From Azolla caroliniana (taxonomy: Eukaryota; Plantae; Polypodiophyta), in assembly GCA_043228905.1 (NCBI GenBank), contig JBHGNT010000010.1:9610001-9674000 (forward strand): a stretch of 64,000 bases of DNA. The letters run 5' to 3'. A program made the translations under genes and the position numbers. A model generated the notes under the pieces. The model was not told the DNA's origin. It worked only from the letters and a program-made list of their open reading frames with translations, and did no database searches. Position 1 is the stretch's first letter. Each line of letters opens with the position of its first letter. Positions 47,986 through 58,753 of this stretch are shown piece after piece.

Positions 47986-48000
47986 TCACTCACTCACTCA
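47938..48000. repeat. (CA)n/(CTCA)n microsatellite
   Basis: Directly visible. Confidence 0.97.
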
Positions 48001-49590
48001 TCTAAGATACTCAAAGACTGGCATATTATTTAAGCATAAGAGTTACACTAACCTTTACATATATTTTAATATATGCATATCCACATACTCACATACATTT
48101 ACATAAACACATATTACACATATCCCAACAACACTTACATACTCATTAGATGTGCAAGTTTTAATACGAACTCTAGCAAAATTATCATCCAACAATTCCA
48201 AAACTTGACAAAGAGAAATATGTTTTCGCTTGTGCATACCAAAGTAATCCTCATTAATCTGGAACTGGCAAGGATATGTTTTCAAAATATGTTTAGATTA
48301 AAACATTAACATGGTTATGATTTCTACATATTACATTAAATTTGAGGGGAAATCAAATCAAGATCAACTCCCTTTTTGCAATAATTAGCTGTTTTACATA
48401 AGGTAAATGAGATTGAGGTAAAAGATGGTATGGTGGAGAAATCCTTGAGTTTGGGCGTTGTAAGTGCACTATTGACAACATTGTCCTCGCTCATTGTAGG
48501 CCTCCTCTGCACTCTTGTGATTCACTATCTCATGATAATTTGTATGTCGTTAAAGCCTCAATGAAGGATTGCGAAATTTTCATGAACCCAACAATGAGCT
48601 CTCTTGTTCATTATATAGCATTCTAGAGCTCTCTTCTTGGATAAAGATAGCATTGCCCAAACAGGTGTAATGATAATTCCTTGGCGTCATAAATAATGTT
48701 AGACTTAATCATTCATGGATTTTATTTTACATTAATTACTATACGCTAAAAAATGTCTTTTTAGCAATAACCATTACATATAAGTACATATAAGGTTCTT
48801 TTATGTATATCTCACGTAAAGTTTATCGATATATGTATCTTTAGTAATTGACTATACATCAGACTAAGGAATGTGATAAAGAGTTATTAATGTACATAGA
48901 TAATGTTAAGCTACATATTGTAGTCAAAAAGTGATCTAAAGGTAAAATATACTTTTTTTTTATGGAGTCTTTATGATTTTTGTCTCTTTCTTTGATTGTT
49001 TGGAAGGCTTATGCTTAATTAGATTTTTTCTCCTTTCATTCAAGGTCCTTGTGGGATCCCATATTTTCCCTACTCAAGGGAGAGTGGTGAATCAAATTGC
49101 AACAATAGAGCATATTAACAAACAAAAGGTAAGAGACGAACGAGTCAATGCAACATGTTTTTTTATTATGTCTCCGTTTCATGAGGTCTAATAGATTCGG
49201 ATATGTTATTATAATTATTTATGTTATGCTATTCCCTTTAAGTATTAAAGGTGGTAGAATGCCAGTGCTAGTAGAGAACCAACCAAGAGGGAGTTAGATA
49301 GTTAGGTAGTGTGGGCGAGCACTAACTAACTAGATGCCGAAATGCAGTTAACGCCAACGAAAAGTTGGAAAGACGAGGCAATTTTTAAAAGAAGTGACTT
49401 TAGGAAAGAAAAAATGGGCATAGGAATGAAGTCAAGGCCCACATAATACATATATGGGTTGACCCACATCTACAGTGGTCATTGACCCACCTGAAGACGA
49501 GTCATTGACGGGAGAGACTCCCACGTGACCAGAGAAGTCTTCATTGTTCTTCTTCTGTCTCTTCTGTTTCCCTGTCTCTGTCTCTATCTA

Positions 49591-49593
<3 letters not shown>

Positions 49594-49636
<43 letters not shown>
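49594..49636. repeat. (TA)n microsatellite
   Basis: Directly visible. Confidence 0.97.
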
Positions 49637-49638
<2 letters not shown>

Positions 49639-49809
49639 TAATCCATGCATGTATAAGAGACCGACGTGTCTATTATGACACAAATCATAAAGAGGCCTGG
49701 TGAGGGAATCGCGGCCACAGACGGTGCAGGTCGCTCAGAGAAGGCGCGTGTGATCTGCACCGTCCGATTTGGATGAGGAAGAAGGCGCCAAAAAAAAAGC
49801 TGCGCAAGC

Positions 49810-50190
49810 GGTCGCCCAACCCTGTCAGAGGTCTCCCAACCGTTTTTTTTTAAAAAATTTGGTTGATTTGGTCACCCAACCAACTCAAAAAAAAAAGCAG
49901 GTCACCCAACTGTTTATTTTTAAATAGGTTGGGTGACCTGTTTAACCAGGTTGGGAGACTCCTTTAGAGTTTATATTGAGTTGGTCACCCAACCAACTCA
50001 ATAAAAGAAGCAGGTCACCCAACTGTTGATTTTTAAAACAGTTGGGCGACCTGTTTATCCAGGTTGGGAGACTCCTTTAGAGTTTATATTGAGTTGGTCA
50101 CCCAACCAACTCAATAAAAGAAGCAGGTCACCCAACTGTTGATTTTTAAAACAGTTGGGAGACCTGTTTATCCAGGTTGGGAGACTCCTT
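49810..50190. repeat. Left subterminal GGTCACCCAAC motif array with a 113-bp tandem duplication
   Basis: Motif occurs in both orientations; mirrored at 57315-57550 and internally at 53300-53415. Confidence 0.9.
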
Positions 50191-51086
50191 TAGGGATGTC
50201 TATAAAAGCCCTAAACCTGTCATAATCTGTCATTTTTTCAAACGAGATTGACAGGTTGGGTTTGCCGGGAAAGAGGTGGGAGCTCCTCCATCACAAATCG
50301 TCTGTGGCTGCACAAATCGATCTCCTCCATCACAAATCGATCTCCTCCATCACTATTCCCAGGTATGCTCCTTGTTATTATATCTTCCACAATGTTATAT
50401 TCATCGCTTCTTAATAATAATGAAAACAAGCAAGATTGTATGGACCATATTGATGCATAGACATGTTTAAGCTTTAGGGTTTAGAGTCACTATAGACAAG
50501 AAGATTGTATGGACCATATTGATGCATAGACATGTTTAAGCTTTAGGGTTTAGAGTCACTATAGACAAGAAGATAAGCGAACCATAAGTGAAGTATAATA
50601 GGATCTAATAGGCAAGGCTTTGTTGATTTCCAGCCACTCTAATCCCAGCCAGTATCTTGAAGGCATAATCTAGAAGAGGATGTAACCACTCTTATCCACA
50701 CTATAGGTGAGGCCTATCAAACTTATTATGATCTTGCGTTCACTAGATTTGCTTGCTTAAACTTGATTTAATCATCTATATTTTGATTGTTGGTTTTAAT
50801 GATTTGCTTGCTTAAACTTGATATTTTGTGTGTTTGAGTACTAAAATCAAAAAATGTTTGATTACTTGAATGGTGGTAGATGACTTCCAACTCCAAGTAC
50901 AAAGATTGGTGGGATTTCGATAACAGTGATATATATCCAACTCAAGAGAGGTATGTCACGAACCAATCTCCCCCAAGAATGGTTTAGGGTTTGATGCATG
51001 TATGTTGACTCGTGATTTGTTAAAGGGTCTTCGTTAGAAGACATTGGCGAAGTCGAGGAGCCGACATGTGTACGAGTGGGGACAAA

Positions 51087-52777
51087 ATGGACCAAGATGC
51101 TCCTCCAAATGGTATGTGGATTTGGTGTCGTTGCAATATCTCAATCTTTATGCCAATCTTTATGTCAATCTTAAATATGTAACACAGGTGCAGAAGGAAC
51201 AGTTGCTCCTCGTCCCGACTTGTTGTATAAGGTTGGAAGAGATGCAAATGGGAACAAGGCTCGTGCATGTATCTACACTGAGTTTTGCCGCCTCTCGCCA
51301 AGGTGGTATCGGAAAAAAAGTGACATGGAGTCACATTTACGCAGAGAACATGCAATAGACGTAGTCCTACCACGAGGGATGCGTATAGAGGAGGAGGAGG
51401 GTATTCCGGGGGCATGCTTTAACAGTTATGAGCGTCAAAGATCACTCAAAAGATTCATGGACCCGGAAATCAAGTACTACAGAAATCGACAAAAATATAT
51501 CCGAAAGTTGAAGGTTAGGGTTGTTTCGAAATACAACTCTATTCCTGCTGAACTCCGTCTTGACACACAGGCAGAGTTCGCGGCACGATTTATGGACAAA
51601 GAGATGACTATATACGACTCCAATAAGGATGAGCGTTTGGAGATGTTGACGAAGAAGATAGCAGCTGGTTTGGATTCTTATGTAAGTATGAGTGAGGATT
51701 TCATTTCAGATTGTTGGAGGGTTTATTGGCAAAATTCAGATAATAAGATGTGTCTTATTGTGGTGAAACAGTGTAAAAAGGCGGGGATATCCACCCAACC
51801 GCAGGGTGTGTCCACGGATGTGGATGAGAGTCAAAACCCATCTGAGGGTGGTGTGTCCACTCCACCGAGACGGAGACGACCGAAAATGCCAATCCGACGG
51901 AAGGAGGTCGAGTCAAACACTGATGTTGTTTCCCTAACATCAGATTCAGATGACGCTGCATCGGATGTGGCCATAGTTCAAATTCAACATGGCAAGGGCA
52001 TAAGGTTATGGATTCAAACCCCAAATAAACACTTTTCCAGGTAGGGTTTAAGTGAAATATAAACTAGTATCTTACTAATTGACATGGAGTGTGATTTACC
52101 TACTCAAAACTACATATTTCCATGCATTCAGGTACCAGCTAACTTGCCCACGTCTCGATATGGCCCTTGATGTTACCGAGTCAGATCTTGAGACCATATG
52201 CAAGAGCCGTGAAATGGCATCGACATGGACTATGACCTTATTCACGTTGTGGATGGAATACTCATTGCCACTCGAGGTGACAGAACGCTTCACCATCGTC
52301 GACCCACTATGGGTGCAGCTACACCAGCAGGCAATGAAGGAGCAAGACATCCTTAAGAAAGTTGCGCAATGTGAGATTACGTTCATTCCGATCGTGCTTG
52401 ATGGGCATTGGAACTTGTGGTTCACCATGCGACAACAAGCTTCTAAGCTAACTAGCAAAGTAGTCTTCTGCGATCCATTGAACAGACCAGCAACAGACAA
52501 CATGCGGAGAATGGCAGAGTTGGCGATTCGGACAATTTCATCTGAACCGTCAGACCACACCATTGTGCCCAATGGTCGACATCAGGTACTGCACATCCAA
52601 ATGATGAAGACTATCCAAATGTTGGTGAGGGAGTTCTTACAAGGATGGATATCTTCGACTTTTGTAACAGAGATGTGGTTCACCAAACGCGAAGTGGATT
52701 CACTTCGGATTCATGTGGACGAGTGGGCACGATCGGTATTAGGATTTGCACCTGCGACCGGTGGCTCCATATTGTAA
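51087..52777 (+). CDS. MULE accessory protein (~507 aa; exons 51087-51111, 51188-52040, 52132-52777): C2H2-like finger plus Ulp1/C48 peptidase-like domain
   Basis: Two phase-compatible GT-AG introns give an open 1524-nt CDS; CIYTEFC...HLRREH; TIVDPLW...ITFIPIVLDGHWNLWF...VVFCDPL; no Q.N..DCG motif. Confidence 0.75.
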
Positions 52778-52884
52778 ATTTTGGGAATGTTGTTTTCAGC
52801 ACAGATTTGGCTATAGAGCTGATGTTGTAACTATATTTTGGAATCCCCAAAAATTTTGTATAGTGAGAATCGACTCATTGTATA

Positions 52885-53303
52885 TCGCGATTACTTATTA
52901 ATGGAAATGTTGTTTACACCAATTATTTATCTCAATCTGAATGTATTTATCTCAATCTGAATATTGTGGATGATCTGAATGTATGGTTTTAAACCAATCG
53001 CAAGTTGTGGTATTGTAAACGCGATTACTTGTTAATGGAAATGTTGTTCCCAACAATTATTGTGGATGTTCTGAATGTATGGTTTTAAACCAATCGCAAG
53101 TTGTGGTATTGTAAACGCGATTACTTGTTAATGGAAATGTTGTTCCCAACAATTATTATGGATGTTCTGAATGTATGGTTTTAAACCAATCGCAAGTTGT
53201 GGTATTGTAAACGCGATTACTTGTTAATGGAAATGTTGTTCCCAACAATTATTGTGGATGTTCTGAATGTATGGTTTTAAACCAATCGCAAGTTGTGGTA
53301 TTG
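52885..53303. repeat. 96-bp tandem repeat (about 4 copies)
   Basis: GCGATTACTTGTTAATGG at 53021, 53117 and 53213, with a degenerate copy at 52887. Confidence 0.93.
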
Positions 53304-53589
53304 CCCAAACCTTTTAAAATTAATTATCTTTTGTTTTGGTCACCCAACCAGGTTGCCCAAACCTTTTAAAATTAATTATCTTTTGTTTTGGTCACCCAAC
53401 CAGGTCGCCCAACCTGTTATGTAAACGGCCAAAAAAACGGTCATCTTAACATGTAAATTAATCACATTCTCTGTCACTTTAAACCATTCTCTGTCATTTT
53501 AATCATAGCTCATTGCATCTCCAATATCTGTCTTATAATCACATTCTGCGTCTTAATCACATTCTTATTTTGCACAATCTCTAAAAGCT

Positions 53590-54050
53590 AATCAGGATTA
53601 GTTATATTCTTAATCAGTTATAATCAGATTAGTTAGATTCTTAATAAGATTAGTTAGATTCTTAATCAGATTAGGGGGATTCTTAATCAGATTAGTTAGA
53701 TTCTTAATCATCTTAGTTAGATTCTTAATCAGTTATAATCAGATTTTGTAGATTCTTAATAAGATTAGTTAGATTCTTAATCAGATTAGGGGGATTCTTA
53801 ATCAGATTAGTTAGATTCTTAATCATCTTAGTTAGATTCTTAATCAGTTATAATCAGATTTTGTAGATTCTTAATAAGATTAGTTAGATTCTTAATCAGA
53901 TTAGGGGGATTCTTAATCACATTAGTTAGATTCTTAATAAGATTAGTTAGAGTCTTAATCATATTAGGGGGATTCTTAATCAGTTATAATCAGATTAGTT
54001 AGATTTTTATAACCAGATTAGTTAGATTCTTAATCAGATTAGTTAGATTC
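53590..54050. repeat. GATTAGTTAGATTCTTAATCA-type minisatellite directly upstream of the transposase ATG
   Basis: ~21-bp units in ~120-bp higher-order blocks marked by TAGGGGGATT. Confidence 0.93.
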
Positions 54051-54057
54051 ATTCGAG

Positions 54058-56982
54058 ATGAATCCCAACGAAATAGATTTAATCACGTCCTTGTATGATT
54101 CTGAGGATGGTTATGCATCACCATACTCCGCAACCATCGACGATGACTTGGATTCGTCTACATCCGAAGACTATGAGTCGGCTTCATCCGAAGAAGAGGC
54201 GGAGGAGGTTGATCCCTTCATGTATTGTTCGGCGAGGTATATTGCGTTCACTAGAGGTATGTACGATTTAATGCTTAAAGATTTATTAGGTCAAGTTAAG
54301 GTAACATTTGAAATATTAAGCACACTCGCAAGGGGGGCACCTCTTAATTTACATGCATGGAGGTGCATGAAGAGTCGTCTCACGCTTATGAATGAGAATG
54401 CAATACACCTTAAGGCATCGCCTCATCTTCAGATTACGCACGTAGAGAAATGGAGGGAGATAGTATTGGCGTCACATTGTGGCGCATCGCACCGTTCTTT
54501 GACAGGTACTCTGACAGAATTAAAGAGAAATTGGTCCAATGACCTTCGTGACTATGGGATCCCTAGTGCGTATGTGAAAGCAGTGATTGACCAATGCGGT
54601 TGTCAAGTTGTGTCGAGGTTAACTCCATCTGACATGGAGGGGACAAGTGTCGTGAAATATAAAAAGTCTAGACCCATAGAAGTGATCAAGATAGAGGCAC
54701 ATAGGGTTGATGATACGTTGATAGATGTTCAATTGAGGTATCACACACGCTTTCGTACAGGGGTCACAAGGGGTGCACATGTGACTAGGTATAATTGTCA
54801 CCGATCCGGTGTGGCCAACAAGCAATATCCATGCACTCGACGTAGAAAGCATTCATCTCGATGTGGGTGTACTTTTCATGTGAACGCTCGAATGAATGGC
54901 GGGGTTGACCATGGGACAGTGACCCTTTCAATATATGGACCTCATACGGGTCATGTACCGGGAAGTAGACCAGATGCATACTATTTGCCAGTGGCCCCAA
55001 ATGTTATAAGTTGTTGTAGAGATGACCTTTTTGATGTTGGTTGCGCACGACACGTGGCACGGATGAGCATGCGTAAGGAAGCATATCATAAGTCCAAGGC
55101 TAGTCCATTAGACCTTGTGAGTTATAGGTTCTTTATGATACCAAAGGAGGTCAATAACATGGCCAACAAGTTAAAAATCGGGAGTGCCATGTCAGGGGTT
55201 GATTGGTCTTTGATGATGCAAGATGCCTATGCCCTCCGAGATCTTGGGAAGGTGGCTCATGTCCAACCCTACTTGCCTGGTGAATATGGATCTCCCGCAA
55301 GGCAACCGTTCATCTTGGTGCTCCAAGATGAATGGATGTTAGAGATGTGTGAGCGACTGTCGATAAACAACTCTTGGGCAATCGACTCCACGTTTAAAAC
55401 AAACCAATTTGGCTTGCCATTATATGCAGCTGTGGCTCCAAATGCCATGGGAGTTGGTATCCCATTATGGTACATGATATGTAGTTCTGATAAGGGGTCT
55501 AACCATGAGCAAGTAGCTTTAGAAACTTGCTTGAGAGTCATATTTGCACGGATGCCCAATGTGAGGCCAAATGCCATAGTCATCGATAAAAGTTGGACAT
55601 CGTATAATGCCATAAGTAATGTGGTTGCAACAGACCGATTATCTTGGATAGTTACAAATGGGCAAAGGTCGCAAACACATTGTCGACTTTTGTTGTGTCA
55701 CTTCCATGCAAAAAAAGCATGGTTGGACAACTTGTTGCCAAAGGTAAGTGCAAGTGAGAGAAACCACCTTTATAATCGGATGTGCCAACTCATGCAATGC
55801 ATTACGGAATCCACATTCAATGCCCAATGTGAGGACTTAAAGGTAGAATATGCAAACAAGCCAGGTGTTTGGCAATATATAGAAGGAGGATGGTGTGGCT
55901 TGACATGTGTGTGGAGGAAACTGTGGCCCAAATTTGGTAGAATGTTCAACTACGGACATGTTGACACTACCAATCTTGTGGAGAGACATTGGCAGTTTAT
56001 CAAATATACTGCCTTAAGAGGGAGGATAAACCGATCAATTACCGATCTTGTGCATGTTTTAATCGGGGACAGTCAAACTGGCACTTGCATCGGGGGTACT
56101 GTTATTGAATGGTACAAGCAACGACAAGAAATATGTGAGAGTGGTAGATTTGCACCACGTGCAAATTGTAGGGATCAAACAACTAGACTTAAAGAGGCCG
56201 AAAGGCTATTAGAGAGTTATGAAACTAATAATGCGACAATGCATATTGTGGACGAGCCTCGATATTGGTTTAAAATATTGAGCTTGACAAAACCGGATGT
56301 ATGGTATAATGTATCGCTCCAATGTTCATATTGTGATTCCCACGACCCTGCGAGTAAATGTAAGCATATACTTGGCATCAGGATGATTATTGAGAGGCAC
56401 ATGCCACATCTATGTGGGTCATTGCCTTTTATAGATCATGCAACCTATATGCGCAATGACCATTTCACAGAGACGGAAATGGAGACAGAGGTAGAACCAG
56501 TCGAGGAGACAAACCCTATAACATCACGAGTGGAGGAATGTTTGTCGAAATTACAAACGCTTGAGGGGGCTATTCAATGTTTTAAGCAAGGGTTACAATC
56601 CCTCGACTGTGCAGCAATTTTGGCATGTATGGAGTCCATTCAAGAAACAAGTGAGACATTGGTGTATCACACAGGTGCACCGAAACCAACTAACGAAGAA
56701 GACCGTGGATCCATAGGGCGTAAGCAAGCAATTGGTGCAAAAAGGGGAGCATCAATCAACATTTCACAAGATCTTATTGGCAGCTCCCCAAACACTTCCA
56801 AGGCACACACAGGAAAAAAGCAAAGAGGCGCAAGTCGAGGTAGGAGGCGGTTGCCAATATGTGCGACAGATAAAATGCGATGCTTGCATTGCGATGCCTT
56901 GACCTTTAGATCAAGGGACTCAAATGTTGATTGTTGCAAGAATTGTGGTCGCATCTTGCCATCATCTCCGGATGAGCCATAA
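54058..56982 (+). CDS. MULE transposase, 974 aa, intact
   Basis: WRKY/FAR1-like (YNCHRSG...RCGC...HTGH); DDE core IDSTFKTNQFGLPLY / IVIDKS / LLCHFH / TTNLVE; SWIM-like CSYC...CKH; C-terminal CLHC...CKNC. Confidence 0.95.
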   Translation: MNPNEIDLITSLYDSEDGYASPYSATIDDDLDSSTSEDYESASSEEEAEEVDPFMYCSARYIAFTRGMYDLMLKDLLGQVKVTFEILSTLARGAPLNLHAWRCMKSRLTLMNENAIHLKASPHLQITHVEKWREIVLASHCGASHRSLTGTLTELKRNWSNDLRDYGIPSAYVKAVIDQCGCQVVSRLTPSDMEGTSVVKYKKSRPIEVIKIEAHRVDDTLIDVQLRYHTRFRTGVTRGAHVTRYNCHRSGVANKQYPCTRRRKHSSRCGCTFHVNARMNGGVDHGTVTLSIYGPHTGHVPGSRPDAYYLPVAPNVISCCRDDLFDVGCARHVARMSMRKEAYHKSKASPLDLVSYRFFMIPKEVNNMANKLKIGSAMSGVDWSLMMQDAYALRDLGKVAHVQPYLPGEYGSPARQPFILVLQDEWMLEMCERLSINNSWAIDSTFKTNQFGLPLYAAVAPNAMGVGIPLWYMICSSDKGSNHEQVALETCLRVIFARMPNVRPNAIVIDKSWTSYNAISNVVATDRLSWIVTNGQRSQTHCRLLLCHFHAKKAWLDNLLPKVSASERNHLYNRMCQLMQCITESTFNAQCEDLKVEYANKPGVWQYIEGGWCGLTCVWRKLWPKFGRMFNYGHVDTTNLVERHWQFIKYTALRGRINRSITDLVHVLIGDSQTGTCIGGTVIEWYKQRQEICESGRFAPRANCRDQTTRLKEAERLLESYETNNATMHIVDEPRYWFKILSLTKPDVWYNVSLQCSYCDSHDPASKCKHILGIRMIIERHMPHLCGSLPFIDHATYMRNDHFTETEMETEVEPVEETNPITSRVEECLSKLQTLEGAIQCFKQGLQSLDCAAILACMESIQETSETLVYHTGAPKPTNEEDRGSIGRKQAIGAKRGASINISQDLIGSSPNTSKAHTGKKQRGASRGRRRLPICATDKMRCLHCDALTFRSRDSNVDCCKNCGRILPSSPDEP

Positions 56983-57766
56983 ATGTTTGGTAACTTTCAA
57001 CTTTTATGTTTTGCCAGGATTATTTGTTTTAACAGAAGTATGGTAAAGATCGTCGGTTTTAAGTAATTTAAGGTTGAATTTTGTGACTATTTGATATGTT
57101 ATTGTAAGCTTACATTCTTCGTTTTATGTTTTAAATGTTTTTTAACTTTCAACTTTTATGTTTTAATATGATTATTTGTTTTAACATAAGTATGGTAAAG
57201 ATCGTCGGTTTTAAGTATTTTAAGGTTGAATTTTGTGACTATTTGATATGTTATTGTAAGTTTTAAGGGTAATTAACAAGCTTATTTGAAGATTTTGGTT
57301 GGAATGATACATTTGGTTGGGCGACCTGCAACGGTTGGGAGACCAATCGGTTGGGCAACCTGTAACTGTCAGGGTTGGGTGACCTAAAACGGTTGGGCAA
57401 CTTGCAACAGTCATAGTTGGGTGACCAATTTCGGTTGGGCGACCAACGACTCAGAGTTGGGTGACCTCTGACAGGGTTGGGTGACCATCGACTCAGAGTT
57501 GGGTGACCTCTGACAGGGTTGGGTGACCATCGACTCAGAGTTGGGCGACCTCTGACAACTTTTTTTTTCGCGCGCTCTTCCTTATCGAAATCTGACGGTG
57601 CAGATCGCACGCACCTTCCTCTAGGCGACCTGCACCGTCTGTGGCCGCGATTCCCTCACCAGCCCTCTTTATGATTTGGTGCAGGAATCAGGATAGCAAC
57701 GAGCATAAGAGACACAGAGACATACAGACGTGGCTCTTCTTCATCCCTTCCCTTTTAAGAGCAGCC

Positions 57767-58357
57767 ATGGCGGCGGGCAATCCATCTCCATCTCCATCTC
57801 CATCTCCTTCCTTCCTAATCAGATCTATCCTCCTCCTCCTCTTTCTCCTGCTGCTGCAGCTTCCTTCTCCATCGCTCTGCCAGTCACCATCCCCATCTCT
57901 TACCTTTGACGACGACTTTACCTCCTCCTCTCCCCCTCCATATGATTCTGAGCGCTCCGGACCCAGCGATGGTGCTGCCACCACTTCTTTGTACGACTCT
58001 GAGAGCTCGGGACCCAGCCCTTCTGCTGCAACCAAAAGCTTGTACGGTTCAGGAGATGAGTTGCCGTCCCCTCCAGCTCCTGCTCCTGCTCCTGCTCCAT
58101 ACGATTCTGAAACCACTGATTATGCACCCACTTCTTCCTATGATTCCGAAACCTATCCTCCTCCTCCTCCTCCTGCTCATGTACCTTCCTCCTCCTCCTC
58201 CTCTGGTTCATCCGGCCTCACCGTGAATGTGAAGATCAGCATCTCCGTCGGATCGATCGTCGGTGGTTCCACTGTCATCGCCCTCATCATCTTCCTGCTC
58301 AAGTGGTTTAGAAAACGCAGACATGGAACCTCAGGATCCGGGAAGCCTTCCCGGTAG
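57767..58357 (+). CDS. Host gene: Pro/Ser-rich single-pass type I membrane protein (196 aa), AGP/extensin-like ectodomain
   Basis: GCCATGG start, signal peptide ILLLLFLLLLQLPSPSLC|Q, SP/AP/PPP tracts, YDSE repeats, TM ISISVGSIVGGSTVIALIIFLL, basic stop-transfer KWFRKRR. Confidence 0.85.
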   Translation: MAAGNPSPSPSPSPSFLIRSILLLLFLLLLQLPSPSLCQSPSPSLTFDDDFTSSSPPPYDSERSGPSDGAATTSLYDSESSGPSPSAATKSLYGSGDELPSPPAPAPAPAPYDSETTDYAPTSSYDSETYPPPPPPAHVPSSSSSSGSSGLTVNVKISISVGSIVGGSTVIALIIFLLKWFRKRRHGTSGSGKPSR

Positions 58358-58719
58358 TAAGTTTTGTGTTATTGTTGGGGAAAACCCACCCAAAAACTAA
58401 AAAATAGAAGAAGAAGAAGAAGCCTTCTTCTTTCGTTTCAGATTACTCTCTAACCCTAAACCTCTCTATCATATATGTATGTAGTTGCAGTGCTGGTAGC
58501 TGCTGTTCATGCTTGGTGGGCGACAATAGTGATGACTAAGTACGTCCTGTCAGCAAATGAAGCTGCCATCATCATATTATTGGCATGGCATGGCATGGCA
58601 TGGCATGGAATCAAGCTAACCATGGAGGTGGGAAACCAGCGAAATCAGGAAAACACAGACCCACTCTCTCTCTGTATCTGTATCTGTATCTGTATCTGTA
58701 TGGATTTAATGATGTAATT

Positions 58720-58753
58720 TAGAAGAAGAAGAAGAAGAAGAAGAAGAAGAAGA
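58720..58753. repeat. (GAA)n microsatellite, with (GCATG)n ~58582 and (CTGTAT)n ~58672 nearby
   Basis: Directly visible. Confidence 0.95.

Larger units (their letters stand above)
49681..57678 (+). mobile_element. Mutator-like element (MULE), ~8 kb, two genes, apparently autonomous
   Basis: Imperfect TIRs of ~120+ bp (CAAATCATAAAGAGG.CTGGTGAGGGAATCGCGGCCACAGACGGTGCAGGTCGC...), subterminal GGTC(A/G/T)CCCAAC arrays, intact transposase. No TSD found, so exact ends are uncertain. Confidence 0.9.

Noticed and set aside
45431-49400. Short ORFs and AGAGTCGAAGGTAG-like repeats (46550-46840)
   Set aside because: No recognisable domain or boundaries; probably old TE debris that cannot be classified by eye.
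57641-57766. GTG-initiated 238-aa version of the membrane protein
   Set aside because: The start lies inside the MULE TIR; ATG 57767 has good context and precedes the signal peptide.
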